From Fidelibacterota bacterium (GTDB taxonomy: Bacteria; Fidelibacterota; Marinisomatia; Marinisomatales; TCS55), in the NCBI GenBank assembly GCA_018651745.1, contig JABIDL010000030.1, positions 3,032 through 27,031 of the forward strand: DNA of 24,000 nucleotides. The letters run 5' to 3'. Below, in pieces: positions 8,089-17,778 of the stretch (positions are counted from its first letter, which is position 1; every line of letters begins with the position of its first letter). The notes beneath the pieces were generated by a model. The model searched no databases and was not told the origin of the DNA. It saw only the letters and a program-made list of their open reading frames with translations. Position numbers and translations under genes: made by a program.

Positions 8089-8279
8089 TGTCATTTTACC
8101 GGCCGCGTTTCCTCAAGGAATGGAATTTCATTCGGCAGGAAGGCGGATATAGACTTCTTTTCAAGAAAAAGGGTTGGGTGGTTTTTTTTGCCTTTTGCAC
8201 ATTTTATCTTATTCGAGATTCAATTTTATATTTGCTGATTCCTTATCTTGCTTTCAAAGGAATTATTACCTGTAATTAA
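8088..8279 (+). CDS. Small putative membrane protein
   Basis: TGATG overlap with upstream gene and TAAATG junction with comM; one hydrophobic segment (GWVVFFAFCTFYLIRDSILYLLIPYLAF). Confidence 0.5.
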   Translation: MSFYRPRFLKEWNFIRQEGGYRLLFKKKGWVVFFAFCTFYLIRDSILYLLIPYLAFKGIITCN

Positions 8280-9821
8280 ATGGTTTCCAAAGTTCTTAGT
8301 AGCGCTGTCCTTGGGATTGATGCCTACATTGTTGAGGTTGAGGCAAACCTTTCCGGTGCTCAGTTACCCAAATTTATAACCGTTGGCCTCCCGGAAGGTG
8401 CCGTAAAGGAAAGCAAAGAACGAGTCACAGCTGCGATTCGCAACAGCGATTTTATTTTACCATATAAACATATTACAATCAACCTTGCTCCGGCGGATAT
8501 TCGCAAAGAAGGATCTGCATTTGATCTTCCGATTGCCGTTGGAATCCTTGCAGCCACCGGTGCGGTAAAACAAAATTTTCTCAACAATTTGCTTTTGTTG
8601 GGTGAACTTGCTTTGGATGGCTCGCTCAGACCAATCAAGGGAGCGCTCCCGATCGCCATTAACGCTGCCAAAAAAGGAATTAAGGGAATCATTCTTCCAA
8701 ACGAAAATGCGCAAGAAGCCGGAATTGTGGACGGTATAAAAGTAGCCGGTGTGGATTCACTGGCAGAAGTGGCGGCTCTGCTAAATGGAAAAATGTCCAT
8801 GGATCCTATCAAAGTAGATAGACAGAAACTCTTTAATGAACAAAAAAATTATGATTTGGATTTTGCCGATGTGAAAGGTCAGGAACATGTAAAGCGTGCA
8901 ATTGAAGTGGCAGCAGCCGGAGGGCATAACGCCATTATGATCGGTCCTCCCGGAAGCGGGAAGACGATGCTGGCAAAACGTCTTCCGACCATTCTTCCGG
9001 ACCTCGTATTGGAAGAAGCACTACAGACTACCAAAATTCATTCCGTTGCCGGATTGCTTCCAGATGGAAAGGGGCTGATTGCTACACGTCCGTACCGTTC
9101 GCCGCATCATACTATTTCGGATGCAGGACTGATTGGCGGCGGAACGGTTCCGAAACCGGGTGAAGTCAGTCTTGCGCACAACGGTGTATTGTTTTTAGAT
9201 GAACTTCCGGAGTTCAAGAAAAATGTTTTGGAGGTCATGCGTCAACCGCTGGAGGATGGTTCTGTTACCATCGCGCGCGCAACAATGTCGCTAAGTTACC
9301 CATCCAATTTTATGTTGGTGGCGGCTATGAATCCATGTCCTTGTGGTTATGCGACAGATCCGAAAAATGAATGCACCTGTAATCCGCAATTGATTCAAAA
9401 ATATATGAGTCGAATTTCAGGTCCACTCATGGATCGAATTGATATTCACATCGAAGTCCCGTCAATCTCATTTGATGAATTATCCGAGAAGGAAAGTGGG
9501 GAAGCATCCAAATTTGTGCAAAAAAGAGTGCAGAATACCCGCAATGTTCAATTAACAAGGTTTGAAGGAAGAGATTCCATTTTTTGCAATGCACAAATGG
9601 AATCCAAAAATATTGCTGATTATTGTAAAATTGACAAAGAAGCATCTGATTTGCTGAAGACAGCCATGGAAAAATTGGGCCTATCAGCTCGAGCGTACGA
9701 TCGGATTTTAAAAGTATCACGGACGATTGCAGATTTAGAATCTTTAAAAGAAATCAGTTCTCAACATGTGAGCGAAGCAATTCAATATCGTAGCCTGGAT
9801 CGTAAGTTATGGCTTCAATGA
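8280..9821 (+). CDS. comM: YifB/ComM family Mg-chelatase-like AAA+ ATPase
   Basis: MVSKVLSSAVLGIDAYIVEVEANLSGAQLPKFITVGLPEGAVKESKERVTAAI, Walker A IGPPGSGKTMLAK, FRSPHHTIS-like RPYRSPHHTISDAGLIGGG, MNPCPCGY and RAYDRILKVSRTIADL. Confidence 0.95.
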   Translation: MVSKVLSSAVLGIDAYIVEVEANLSGAQLPKFITVGLPEGAVKESKERVTAAIRNSDFILPYKHITINLAPADIRKEGSAFDLPIAVGILAATGAVKQNFLNNLLLLGELALDGSLRPIKGALPIAINAAKKGIKGIILPNENAQEAGIVDGIKVAGVDSLAEVAALLNGKMSMDPIKVDRQKLFNEQKNYDLDFADVKGQEHVKRAIEVAAAGGHNAIMIGPPGSGKTMLAKRLPTILPDLVLEEALQTTKIHSVAGLLPDGKGLIATRPYRSPHHTISDAGLIGGGTVPKPGEVSLAHNGVLFLDELPEFKKNVLEVMRQPLEDGSVTIARATMSLSYPSNFMLVAAMNPCPCGYATDPKNECTCNPQLIQKYMSRISGPLMDRIDIHIEVPSISFDELSEKESGEASKFVQKRVQNTRNVQLTRFEGRDSIFCNAQMESKNIADYCKIDKEASDLLKTAMEKLGLSARAYDRILKVSRTIADLESLKEISSQHVSEAIQYRSLDRKLWLQ

Positions 9822-10351
9822 AAGGAAAAAGAAAACATATTCGATTAGCTGATTATGATTATTCTCAATCAGGTATTTATTTTGTCACAATTTGCTCTCA
9901 GATACGGGAATGTATTTTTGGTGAAATAACGAATGGAAACATGAAATTAAATCTAATCGGGAATATTGCTTACCGTTGCTGGGAGGGAATCGAAAAGCAT
10001 TATACGTCTGTAAATCTGTTTGATTTTGTAGTGATGCCAAATCATGTGCATGGAATGGTAGGATTGAATTCAACTCAATTCAAAAATCCGGTATTAGGTG
10101 ATATTGTTGGCAAATATAAAGCAGCAGTAACAAGGGAAATAAACAAACGTAGGGGCGAGATATATCGCGCCCCTACAAAGGTTTGGCAAAGAAATTATTA
10201 TGAACACATCATTCGGAACGAAACTGCATTCGAGAGAATTACAGAATACATTCGATCCAATCCATCCAATTGGAAACAGGATAAAGAAAACCGAGATCGA
10301 AACAAATTGAATAATTTTTATGGATGGGTAGATACCTACTGGAAAAATTAA
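9818..10351 (+). mobile_element. REP-associated tyrosine transposase-like (RAYT, Y1_Tnp/IS200-like) protein
   Basis: YSQSGIYFVTICSQIRECIFGEI, FDFVVMPNHVHGMV (HxH motif), VWQRNYYEHIIRNETAFERITEYIRSNPSNW. ATG 9818 overlaps the comM stop (ATGA); an alternative ATG is at 9809. Confidence 0.9.
10149..10176. repeat. REP-like inverted repeat inside the RAYT reading frame
   Basis: GTAGGGGCG AGATATATCG CGCCCCTAC: perfect 9-nt arms separated by 10 nt. Confidence 0.7.
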
Positions 10352-10359
10352 AGAAAAAT

Positions 10360-10869
10360 ATGATACTCATTATCAGTTCAAGTTTGAATCCCAACAGCCT
10401 GAGCAGGGTCATGGCTCAACAGGTCAAGATTAGACTTGAGGAAAATAATGCGGAAGCTGAATTTATTGATATGCGTAATTACGATCTTCCTTTTTGCGAT
10501 GGAGACTCATGTTACAATCATCCGAAAGTAAAGGAAGTAAAGGAAAAAATACAGTCAGCTCGTGCGATTTTATGTGCATCGCCTGTTTATAATTACGATG
10601 TGAATGCTGTTTTGAAAAATCTGGTCGAACTTACAGGAAAAGCATGGGAAAATAAAACTGTTGGACTTGTATGTTCGGCCGGTGGACAGGGTAGTTATAT
10701 GAGTCCGATGCCATTTTTAAACAGTTTGATGCTGGATTTCAGGTGCCACATAATTCCACGCTTTGTTTACACTACAAAATTCGCATTTACAGATGGCGCC
10801 ATATCTGACGAAAATTTGAAGAACAGAATTAAAGAATTATCAGCTGAATTAAAAAATACAAGAAGATAA
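10360..10869 (+). CDS. NAD(P)H-dependent FMN reductase-like flavoprotein
   Basis: MILIISSSLNPNSLSRVMAQ, CASPVYNYDVNAVLKNLVELTG and LVCSAGGQGSYMS: flavodoxin-like FMN reductase motifs. In-frame ATG at 10360 preferred over the track start at 10324. Confidence 0.8.
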   Translation: MILIISSSLNPNSLSRVMAQQVKIRLEENNAEAEFIDMRNYDLPFCDGDSCYNHPKVKEVKEKIQSARAILCASPVYNYDVNAVLKNLVELTGKAWENKTVGLVCSAGGQGSYMSPMPFLNSLMLDFRCHIIPRFVYTTKFAFTDGAISDENLKNRIKELSAELKNTRR

Positions 10870-10873
10870 TGAG

Positions 10874-11839
10874 ATGGAAAAAGATTTAACATTAAAAGAC
10901 GTTTTCCCACCCATTGATCCGTATAATGGATTTATGTTAGATGTTTCTAGTCTGCATTCAATTCATGTAGAAGAGTCTGGGAATCCGAATGGTAAACCGG
11001 CTCTCTTCCTACATGGTGGGCCCGGAGGCGGAATTGAACCAATCTATCGCCAGTATTTCGACCCCGAGAAATGGCGACTGATTCTAATAGACCAGCGCGG
11101 CTGCGGAAAGAGTTTGCCGTTTGCCGAACTCGAAGAAAATACTACCTGGGAACTTGTAGAAGATATTGAGAAAGTCCGCGAATATTTGGGAATAAAGAAC
11201 TGGGTAGTTTTCGGTGGAAGTTGGGGAAGCACCCTTTCTCTAGCCTATGCAGAAACGTATCCCGATCGTGTGATAGGGTTAATCCTGAGAGGTATATTTA
11301 TGCTCAGAAAAAAGGAACTGCAATGGTTCTATCAGGAAGGCGCTAGTGAAATTTATCCGGACGCTTTCGAGCATTATGTAAAACCTATCCTTGAAGAGGA
11401 TCGAGATGATTTTCTGCATGCTTTTTATAAACGCTTGACCTCTAAAGACAGGATGACTCGATTGGAAGCTGCCAAAGCCTGGTCAATTTGGGAAGGCGCA
11501 ACCAGCAAACTGTATGCAGACTCAAATTTGGTTGAACGGTTCGGAAAGGACAAATTTGCGGAAGCCTTCGCGCGCATAGAATGCCATTATTTTGTGAATG
11601 GAGGATGGTTTAACCCGGAAGACCAGCTCCTGCGGGACATCAATAAAATTCGGCACATACCGGCCGTAATCATTCAAGGGCGGTATGATGTTGTATGTCC
11701 AGCAACTTCTGCTTGGGAGTTGCACAAAGCCTGGCCCGAAGCAGACTTTCATATTGTTCAGGATGCCGGTCATTCCATGTCTGAACCGGGAATTCGCTCA
11801 AAATTGATAGAAGCAACGGAGAAGTTTGCTACTTTGTAA
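10874..11839 (+). CDS. pip: Alpha/beta hydrolase, prolyl aminopeptidase-like
   Basis: ALFLHGGPGGG, DQRGCGKS and nucleophile elbow GGSWGSTLSLAYAETYPDRV; C-terminal RYDVVCPATSAWELHKAWPEADFHIVQDAGHSMSEPG. Confidence 0.85.
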   Translation: MEKDLTLKDVFPPIDPYNGFMLDVSSLHSIHVEESGNPNGKPALFLHGGPGGGIEPIYRQYFDPEKWRLILIDQRGCGKSLPFAELEENTTWELVEDIEKVREYLGIKNWVVFGGSWGSTLSLAYAETYPDRVIGLILRGIFMLRKKELQWFYQEGASEIYPDAFEHYVKPILEEDRDDFLHAFYKRLTSKDRMTRLEAAKAWSIWEGATSKLYADSNLVERFGKDKFAEAFARIECHYFVNGGWFNPEDQLLRDINKIRHIPAVIIQGRYDVVCPATSAWELHKAWPEADFHIVQDAGHSMSEPGIRSKLIEATEKFATL

Positions 11840-11959
11840 AAATGTCAGAATCTTGATAAAATGGATTATGAACGTATGCTTTGATCAACAGATTGGCGTT
11901 ATTTCCGTGAATTCAATCCACTGTTTTGCGTTGCTGAGTTTTTTAACTAAATTGTAACC

Positions 11960-12829
11960 ATGGCTGGCCAATCCCGAAAGAAAACTAAAACCCTTGAAGT
12001 CATGGTTGCGGATGTAATTCGTGAGACTCCCGATACTTCAACGATAATCTTTTTTACCGGCAATGACCATCTTGATTACGCGCCGGGGCATTTTCTAACA
12101 ATTGAACCCCACCAGTTTCCAGCACTCGAACGGTGGACTGCATATCTTGAGGATCAAAAGGGTAGAAGAGAACCTCCTCGGGCGTATTCTATGGCAAGTT
12201 CACCGGATGAACATCACCTTGCGATCACAGTCAAGGAAGAACGTTATGTTACCGATGTCACTAAATATCCTCCACTTTTATCCCCGATCTTGGCCTACCG
12301 CACTGTCCGGGGAACCAAAATGAAAATCACCGGATTTGCCGGTCCGTATACACTCCCGAAGGATGGGGTTCCTGAGAGTATTCTGCATATTTGTGCCGGT
12401 AGTGGAATCGTCCCAAACTGGAGTATTTTGAAGTATTGTCTTCGTAACCATCCCGATATGAAACACCGCCTCATTTATAGTAATAAAACGTGGGCAGACA
12501 CTATTTTTGGCGAAGGATTACTTGATTTGCAGAGACAATTTCCTGAAAACCTAGAAATAGTATTTACCATAACCCGTGAAGACACTTTCCTGAAAAATGG
12601 CGCAACCTTACAAAAAGGTAGGATTACGAGAGATTTAATAGAAAAAACGATTGAAGAGCTTGATAACCCGATGCTGTATGTTTGCGGTCCGGCTTTGTCT
12701 AAATGGGATAAATTGTTAGCCAAAAAGAATGGAACTACCCCACCGCCTAGATTTATGGAATCTGCCTTGGGATTGTTGGAAGATCTGGGGGTAGATAAAA
12801 AAAGCATTACAAAGGAATCCTACGGTTAA
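11960..12829 (+). CDS. Ferredoxin-NADP reductase-like FAD/NAD(P)-binding oxidoreductase
   Basis: PGHFLTIEP, PPRAYSMASSP (FAD-binding RxYS motif), HICAGSGIVPNWSILKY, HRLIYSNKTWADTIF and MLYVCGPALSKWDKLL. Confidence 0.8.
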   Translation: MAGQSRKKTKTLEVMVADVIRETPDTSTIIFFTGNDHLDYAPGHFLTIEPHQFPALERWTAYLEDQKGRREPPRAYSMASSPDEHHLAITVKEERYVTDVTKYPPLLSPILAYRTVRGTKMKITGFAGPYTLPKDGVPESILHICAGSGIVPNWSILKYCLRNHPDMKHRLIYSNKTWADTIFGEGLLDLQRQFPENLEIVFTITREDTFLKNGATLQKGRITRDLIEKTIEELDNPMLYVCGPALSKWDKLLAKKNGTTPPPRFMESALGLLEDLGVDKKSITKESYG

Positions 12830-12966
12830 ACGGAAGTTTTAATTATTTCATTGTCTTAATCTTTTAACTATTTTTGGATAAAGCCCCAAAATCTTCAAAA
12901 AATAGGTTTCCATTCACTCATGAATTGTAACTGAAATTCATCTTACGTTTATTAGAAATAATCCCA

Positions 12967-12996
12967 TTGACAAATCATTGGTTTAGGGTTTAAAAT
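12967..12996 (+). promoter_or_regulatory. Putative sigma-70-like promoter for the type IV pilus operon
   Basis: TTGACA (12967-12972), 18-nt spacer, TAAAAT (12991-12996), in the long intergenic region before the pilin start at 13119. Confidence 0.4.
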
Positions 12997-13118
12997 CTCA
13001 AAAACTAGGAATATGATGATCGTCAATACGCTCGTTAGTAGAAATCATTAAAATTTTGTACATTACTTGGCTTTATTTGAACCCAATAAAACATCTTTAC
13101 AAAGGAACAGGAAAAAAC

Positions 13119-13526
13119 ATGAATAAAATAATAGAATCCCTAAAGAAGGGTTTCACAATGATCGAGATTATGGTTGTGGTTGTAATTGTCGCGATTTTAG
13201 CGGCGGTAGCTGTGCCTATTTATATTGATTATGTTGAAAGTGCCCGTGCGTCTGAGGCGAAATCGGTAATTGGAAGTATCACAAATGGTGCAAAGATGTA
13301 TCGGCAAACGTACGGCGAATGGCCGTCAGATGTTGAAGAAATTGAAAGTGCAGGACAAATAAGTGTCGATCGAGCAACCAAACGTCAATGGATTTTCGAA
13401 ATCCAAATGCCCGAACGTGTTCTTGCTACCAGCACCAGTGAAATGGAAGGTGGCGAAGGAAAGGTTGTTGAATACAATGCCGAAACGGGACAATACACAG
13501 GGTACGGAACCAAAAAACGTAATTAG
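13119..13526 (+). CDS. Type IV pilin / pseudopilin-like prepilin
   Basis: MNKIIESLKKGFTMIEIMVVVVIVAILAAVAVPIYIDYVESARASEAKS: prepilin peptidase site KKG|FTMIE and hydrophobic helix. The track start at 13056 is probably too far upstream. Confidence 0.9.
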   Translation: MNKIIESLKKGFTMIEIMVVVVIVAILAAVAVPIYIDYVESARASEAKSVIGSITNGAKMYRQTYGEWPSDVEEIESAGQISVDRATKRQWIFEIQMPERVLATSTSEMEGGEGKVVEYNAETGQYTGYGTKKRN

Positions 13527-13532
13527 AATTGT

Positions 13533-14585
13533 ATGAACATTGATAAACTTCTATCCTACGCTCTCGAAAGCGGTGCTTCGGATTTACATTTAAGTACCGG
13601 ATCTATTCCGATGGTTCGCATTAACGGAACCATGAAGCCGTTGAATCGTCCTGAAATGGAAGATTCTGATATGGAGACTATTCTTCCTCAAATCATGGAC
13701 GAAGATCAAATTTCTCGGTACCGAAAAGATAAGGAAATTGATTTATCTTACAAATTAGATGGTCAGGGAAGATTCCGCGTGAATTTCTTTCACCAAATCA
13801 GCGGGCTTGCAGGAGTATTTAGAACTATTTCTGAAGTTCCGAAAGGGTTTGAAGAACTTGGATTGCCGCCTGTTTTATCGAATTTAGCAATGCTCGAAAA
13901 TGGTTTGGTTTTGCTTACCGGTCCTACGGGATCGGGGAAAAGTACCACGCTTGCCGCTATGATTGATTATGTGAATCAAAATAAGTCGAAGCATATAATC
14001 ACGATCGAAGATCCTGTTGAATATTTCCATAGTTCTAGCCAATGTCTCATCAATCAGAGAGAATTGGGTCTTACGACCCATAGTTTTGCAAATGCGTTGA
14101 GAGCAGCTCTTAGAGAAGACCCTGATGTGATTTTGGTTGGTGAAATGCGGGACCTTGATACGATTTCACTTGCACTCACCGCGGCGGAAACGGGACACTT
14201 GGTTTTGTCAACTCTTCATACTTCGAGTTCCGTAAAAGCAGTGGACAGAATTATTGATATTTTCCCCGCCAGCCAAAAAAGTCAAATCCGATCGATGCTT
14301 TCGGAAAGTTTGGAAGCAGTCATTTCCCAAAAATTATTACCAACCAAAGATGATAAAGGTCGAGTCCCGGCATTGGAAATTCTTATGGCGACAACGGCTA
14401 TTCGGAATCTTATCCGAGAAGACCGAATTTACCAAATTCCTTCCGTGATGCAGTCCGGAGGAGTGGATGGAATGCAAACGCTTGACCAAGACCTTCAAAG
14501 ACTTGTTTCTCAGGCAATTATCGAACGATCGCAAGCAGTTGCATTAGCAGATAATCCGAAACTATTTGAATCAAAAGTCCTGTAG
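13533..14585 (+). CDS. pilT: Type IV pilus retraction ATPase
   Basis: SGASDLHLSTG, LTGPTGSGKSTTLAAMIDY, ITIEDPVEYFHSS, ALRAALREDPDVILVGEMRDLDTISLALTAAETGHLVLSTLHTSS: canonical PilT motifs. Confidence 0.97.
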   Translation: MNIDKLLSYALESGASDLHLSTGSIPMVRINGTMKPLNRPEMEDSDMETILPQIMDEDQISRYRKDKEIDLSYKLDGQGRFRVNFFHQISGLAGVFRTISEVPKGFEELGLPPVLSNLAMLENGLVLLTGPTGSGKSTTLAAMIDYVNQNKSKHIITIEDPVEYFHSSSQCLINQRELGLTTHSFANALRAALREDPDVILVGEMRDLDTISLALTAAETGHLVLSTLHTSSSVKAVDRIIDIFPASQKSQIRSMLSESLEAVISQKLLPTKDDKGRVPALEILMATTAIRNLIREDRIYQIPSVMQSGGVDGMQTLDQDLQRLVSQAIIERSQAVALADNPKLFESKVL

Positions 14586-15038
14586 ATGAAACTGCACAAT
14601 TCAAATGGATTTACGTTTATCGAAGTGTTGATTGCTGTGGTAATTGTGAGTGTGGCAGCATTTGGCTTAATGCTCGGCGCTGTACATGCAAGAGGAGAAT
14701 TGCAGGCGCTTGAAATCCGCGAACGTGCGACAGAAGAATTATTAAGTTTTGTAGAAACCATGAAAGGTCGCGTTGCAGATGGACGATTAACTGGAATTGA
14801 GCGTAGTGGAGATTTAGAAGGGAAACAAGTTTTTCTTTTGGGGAACAATGAAAACCCCGATAAAATCGAAGCAAAAATTTACTACGATCCGATTTATGAA
14901 GAACCTTCAGATTCTTCCGGTGGAATGGATCGCTATAGGTTTAAAACATGGATCACATGGAAGGATTATACGTCTGCAAGAAACGATGTAAAGAAAACCC
15001 GTGTATTAGAAATGGTAATGCTGGAGTATCCGCTGTGA
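14586..15038 (+). CDS. PilV-like minor prepilin
   Basis: MKLHNSNGFTFIEVLIAVVIVSVAAFGLMLGAVHARGELQALEIRERATEE: prepilin motif NG|FTFIE. Directly abuts the pilT stop. Confidence 0.8.
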   Translation: MKLHNSNGFTFIEVLIAVVIVSVAAFGLMLGAVHARGELQALEIRERATEELLSFVETMKGRVADGRLTGIERSGDLEGKQVFLLGNNENPDKIEAKIYYDPIYEEPSDSSGGMDRYRFKTWITWKDYTSARNDVKKTRVLEMVMLEYPL

Positions 15039-15655
15039 AGATTTCTTTCACTGAAAAATCATCTCCGGGACTTACTCTCATTGAGTTGGTTACATCTATG
15101 ACGGTGATTGGCATTATGGTTGTCGGACTCTCAATGGGTGTACAAGGAATTCTTTTTCATTATCAAAACGACTCAGTCTTGTTGGAAGTTCGGCAATATG
15201 GTCAGGCTGTTATGCGGGAAATTATGTATGAAATTAATTCTTCAAGATTTATAGAAAGAGATTTTGCAAACGGATATGCACGTCTTAGTCTTTATAAGTA
15301 TGATAAAAATGGGAACGAATCTACTTTGTTCATATCCGGGCATGCGCTGGATGGAATTCAATTTGATGGAAGAAATCCGGTAGGCGGAACACTCGGGTTT
15401 CCCAGAAAGGGTCGCTTTCGTGATAACCGTCAGCGGATTGTTCGGCTCGAAACATTCAAGGCAGACCAGAGGATTGAAGAACGACCAAGTCTCCAAAAAT
15501 TTGCAGAAGCCACATGGGATATCGAATTGATTTTTTCAATTGAATCAGATGTAAACGATCAGAATCCGTTGAATACAAATATCCGGGTAAAGCGAACCGT
15601 ATTTATGCCGAATAAATATATTTCTCTCTACGAAAAATCCAGCGAACAAGGGTAA
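15035..15655 (+). CDS. PilW-like minor prepilin
   Basis: Probable GTG start at 15035 with GTGA overlap; SSPGLTLIELVTSMTVIGIMVVGLSMGVQ prepilin motif; long C-terminal domain. The track start at 14948 overlaps the upstream gene extensively. Confidence 0.75.
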   Translation: MKISFTEKSSPGLTLIELVTSMTVIGIMVVGLSMGVQGILFHYQNDSVLLEVRQYGQAVMREIMYEINSSRFIERDFANGYARLSLYKYDKNGNESTLFISGHALDGIQFDGRNPVGGTLGFPRKGRFRDNRQRIVRLETFKADQRIEERPSLQKFAEATWDIELIFSIESDVNDQNPLNTNIRVKRTVFMPNKYISLYEKSSEQG

Positions 15656-15657
15656 TT

Positions 15658-17778
15658 ATGGGACATTTTCAAAAAGGTACTGCAACAATTACGGCTGTTA
15701 TTTTTACCATGATTAGCCTACTGCTAACCATTGCCTATTTACGATATTCCTTGTCGGCTGCAGTCGTTGAAAAATATAGGTTTGCTGAATCGACCGCCAT
15801 ATTGCTTGCGGAAACAGGAATTAATAAAGAAGGGATGCCGAAATTGCCCTATTTATCCGATGAAGCTTTAGTGTTGGCAACCGAAAAAGTAAAATTCAGC
15901 GAAACGCCTGAATTTGATGGGTATTATCACGACGTTGTTTGTTCATCATATGTGAATGAATACGGGAAAACTTTCTTTTACGCTAGCGCCTGGGGAACGG
16001 TTGAATTTGAAAGTACGGAGGGGCAAACGGTAGAAATTAAACGGAAGGCCGAAGTCAACCTTGTTGCGGAAGATTTTTCAAAATTTATGTATTTCACAAA
16101 TTCAGAAGAACCGGGTGGTGGTCCGCAGGTGAGTGGAACAGTTACGTTTGGTGCATCTGATTCCCTTGAAGGGATTGTTCATACTAATGGCGAAATAACA
16201 ATGAGCAATTGGGGTTGCCCTGTGTTTTCGGGAAAGGTGAACGCTAGCGACGGGATTAATATGGCGAATTGTGAGGGAACATCTTTTGCGAATGCTACTT
16301 ACGACGACTCCGCGGACGTTATAAGTTATCCACCAACAAATACGGTTCAATTAGTTAAAAATGCAGCAGATTACGTGTTTACAGCTGATGATTTACTTGG
16401 GCGAGGTTCCATTAAAGATTCTTTGATTATGACAGAAATTGAATTTGTAACAGGGGGATTTAAAGTTGCACAATGGGCGTATGTTGTTCCTCCGATTACC
16501 TTAGATGGCCAACCTGTTCTTTCATTTACTTGGGATGAAGATAACTCAATTGCCGAGTTAGATAATGGAAAAATAGGTTTGGAACTTCCCTTTAATGATA
16601 TATCCGGATATGCCGGTGCAGATTCAGTTTTCATAAGCAGTTACGATTCTGAGGGTGAAGATGTTGATAACGTTTTGTCTGATTATGCTATTGGTGATAC
16701 TATTGTTATTTCTTCTGTGGATACAAGTTATAAATATTGGGCTGCGGTCATTACCTCTAAATCAACCACAGGAGGCAATCATATCTACAAAGTAAGTTAC
16801 CAAGAACAAGGCGCTTTTATTTTCGGTGGATTTGTAGATGGGGAGTCTGTTCAATTATCACACCGAACAGGATTAGAATCTGGAAGATTTAATCAATATG
16901 GTTTTTACCATAATCATAATGATAATGGTTCAATGTGTGCATCATCCGGTTTTCACCATTTTGATTTTGACCCACCAAGTAGTGGGGCTCAATATGTAAT
17001 GAATTGGACGATGTTTCATAGAGACAGAGCTGTGATTTATGTGAAGAAAGGTCAAGTTCGAGTTTACGGGGAGGTGGATGGACAGTTTACGATTGTGACG
17101 GATGATAACGTTGAATACAGGCGCCACGATGATTTACAAATATGGGATAGAGTATGGGGGAATATTTGGCTGATTGATGATGTTATTTATGCCGATTCAA
17201 ACCCGACTACCGGCGAGGTTGTATATGGCACATCCAATCGCTTAGGACTCGTATCCGGAGGAAATGTAATTATTGCGAATACTGCAGAAAACGGTGCAAG
17301 AAACAAAGCAAATGGTGCGGATATCATTGTCAATGCAGGCATTATTGCTATGCATGATTCTTTCGTAGCACATTATTGGCAGAATTCAGTTACCGGTGAT
17401 GCGGAAAATGGTTGGAACCCTTTTACAAATGCGCCATATTATGCTTCAAATCCTACAAATTCTAGAGCAGATGGACGCGGTACTTTTAGGAATCCAAATT
17501 CAATTTTGCAACAGGATACAGGAAATGATTTGCGTGGTACGGTAAAATTGTGGGGGTCGATTACTCAAAATTTGCGTGGATATTTGAAAAGGAATCCATA
17601 CGGTCCTTATGGTAATTACAAAATTGAATATGAAAAGAGTTATCATTACGATTATAATTTCAGCGATTTTTATGCGCCTCCCAATTTTCCCAATACAACG
17701 GGTGCTGACGGTGGTTTAAAATTAATTCTGAAAAGTTACAACGAAGTTCAAACTCGGAACGGAGGATCTGAAGGATGA
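15658..17778 (+). CDS. Large PilX-like pilus-associated protein, C-terminal function unknown
   Basis: N-term MGHFQKGTATITAVIFTMISLLLTIAYLRYSLSAAVVEKYRFAESTAILLAETGI resembles PilX N-terminal helices; located between a PilW-like gene and pilM. Confidence 0.65.
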   Translation: MGHFQKGTATITAVIFTMISLLLTIAYLRYSLSAAVVEKYRFAESTAILLAETGINKEGMPKLPYLSDEALVLATEKVKFSETPEFDGYYHDVVCSSYVNEYGKTFFYASAWGTVEFESTEGQTVEIKRKAEVNLVAEDFSKFMYFTNSEEPGGGPQVSGTVTFGASDSLEGIVHTNGEITMSNWGCPVFSGKVNASDGINMANCEGTSFANATYDDSADVISYPPTNTVQLVKNAADYVFTADDLLGRGSIKDSLIMTEIEFVTGGFKVAQWAYVVPPITLDGQPVLSFTWDEDNSIAELDNGKIGLELPFNDISGYAGADSVFISSYDSEGEDVDNVLSDYAIGDTIVISSVDTSYKYWAAVITSKSTTGGNHIYKVSYQEQGAFIFGGFVDGESVQLSHRTGLESGRFNQYGFYHNHNDNGSMCASSGFHHFDFDPPSSGAQYVMNWTMFHRDRAVIYVKKGQVRVYGEVDGQFTIVTDDNVEYRRHDDLQIWDRVWGNIWLIDDVIYADSNPTTGEVVYGTSNRLGLVSGGNVIIANTAENGARNKANGADIIVNAGIIAMHDSFVAHYWQNSVTGDAENGWNPFTNAPYYASNPTNSRADGRGTFRNPNSILQQDTGNDLRGTVKLWGSITQNLRGYLKRNPYGPYGNYKIEYEKSYHYDYNFSDFYAPPNFPNTTGADGGLKLILKSYNEVQTRNGGSEG

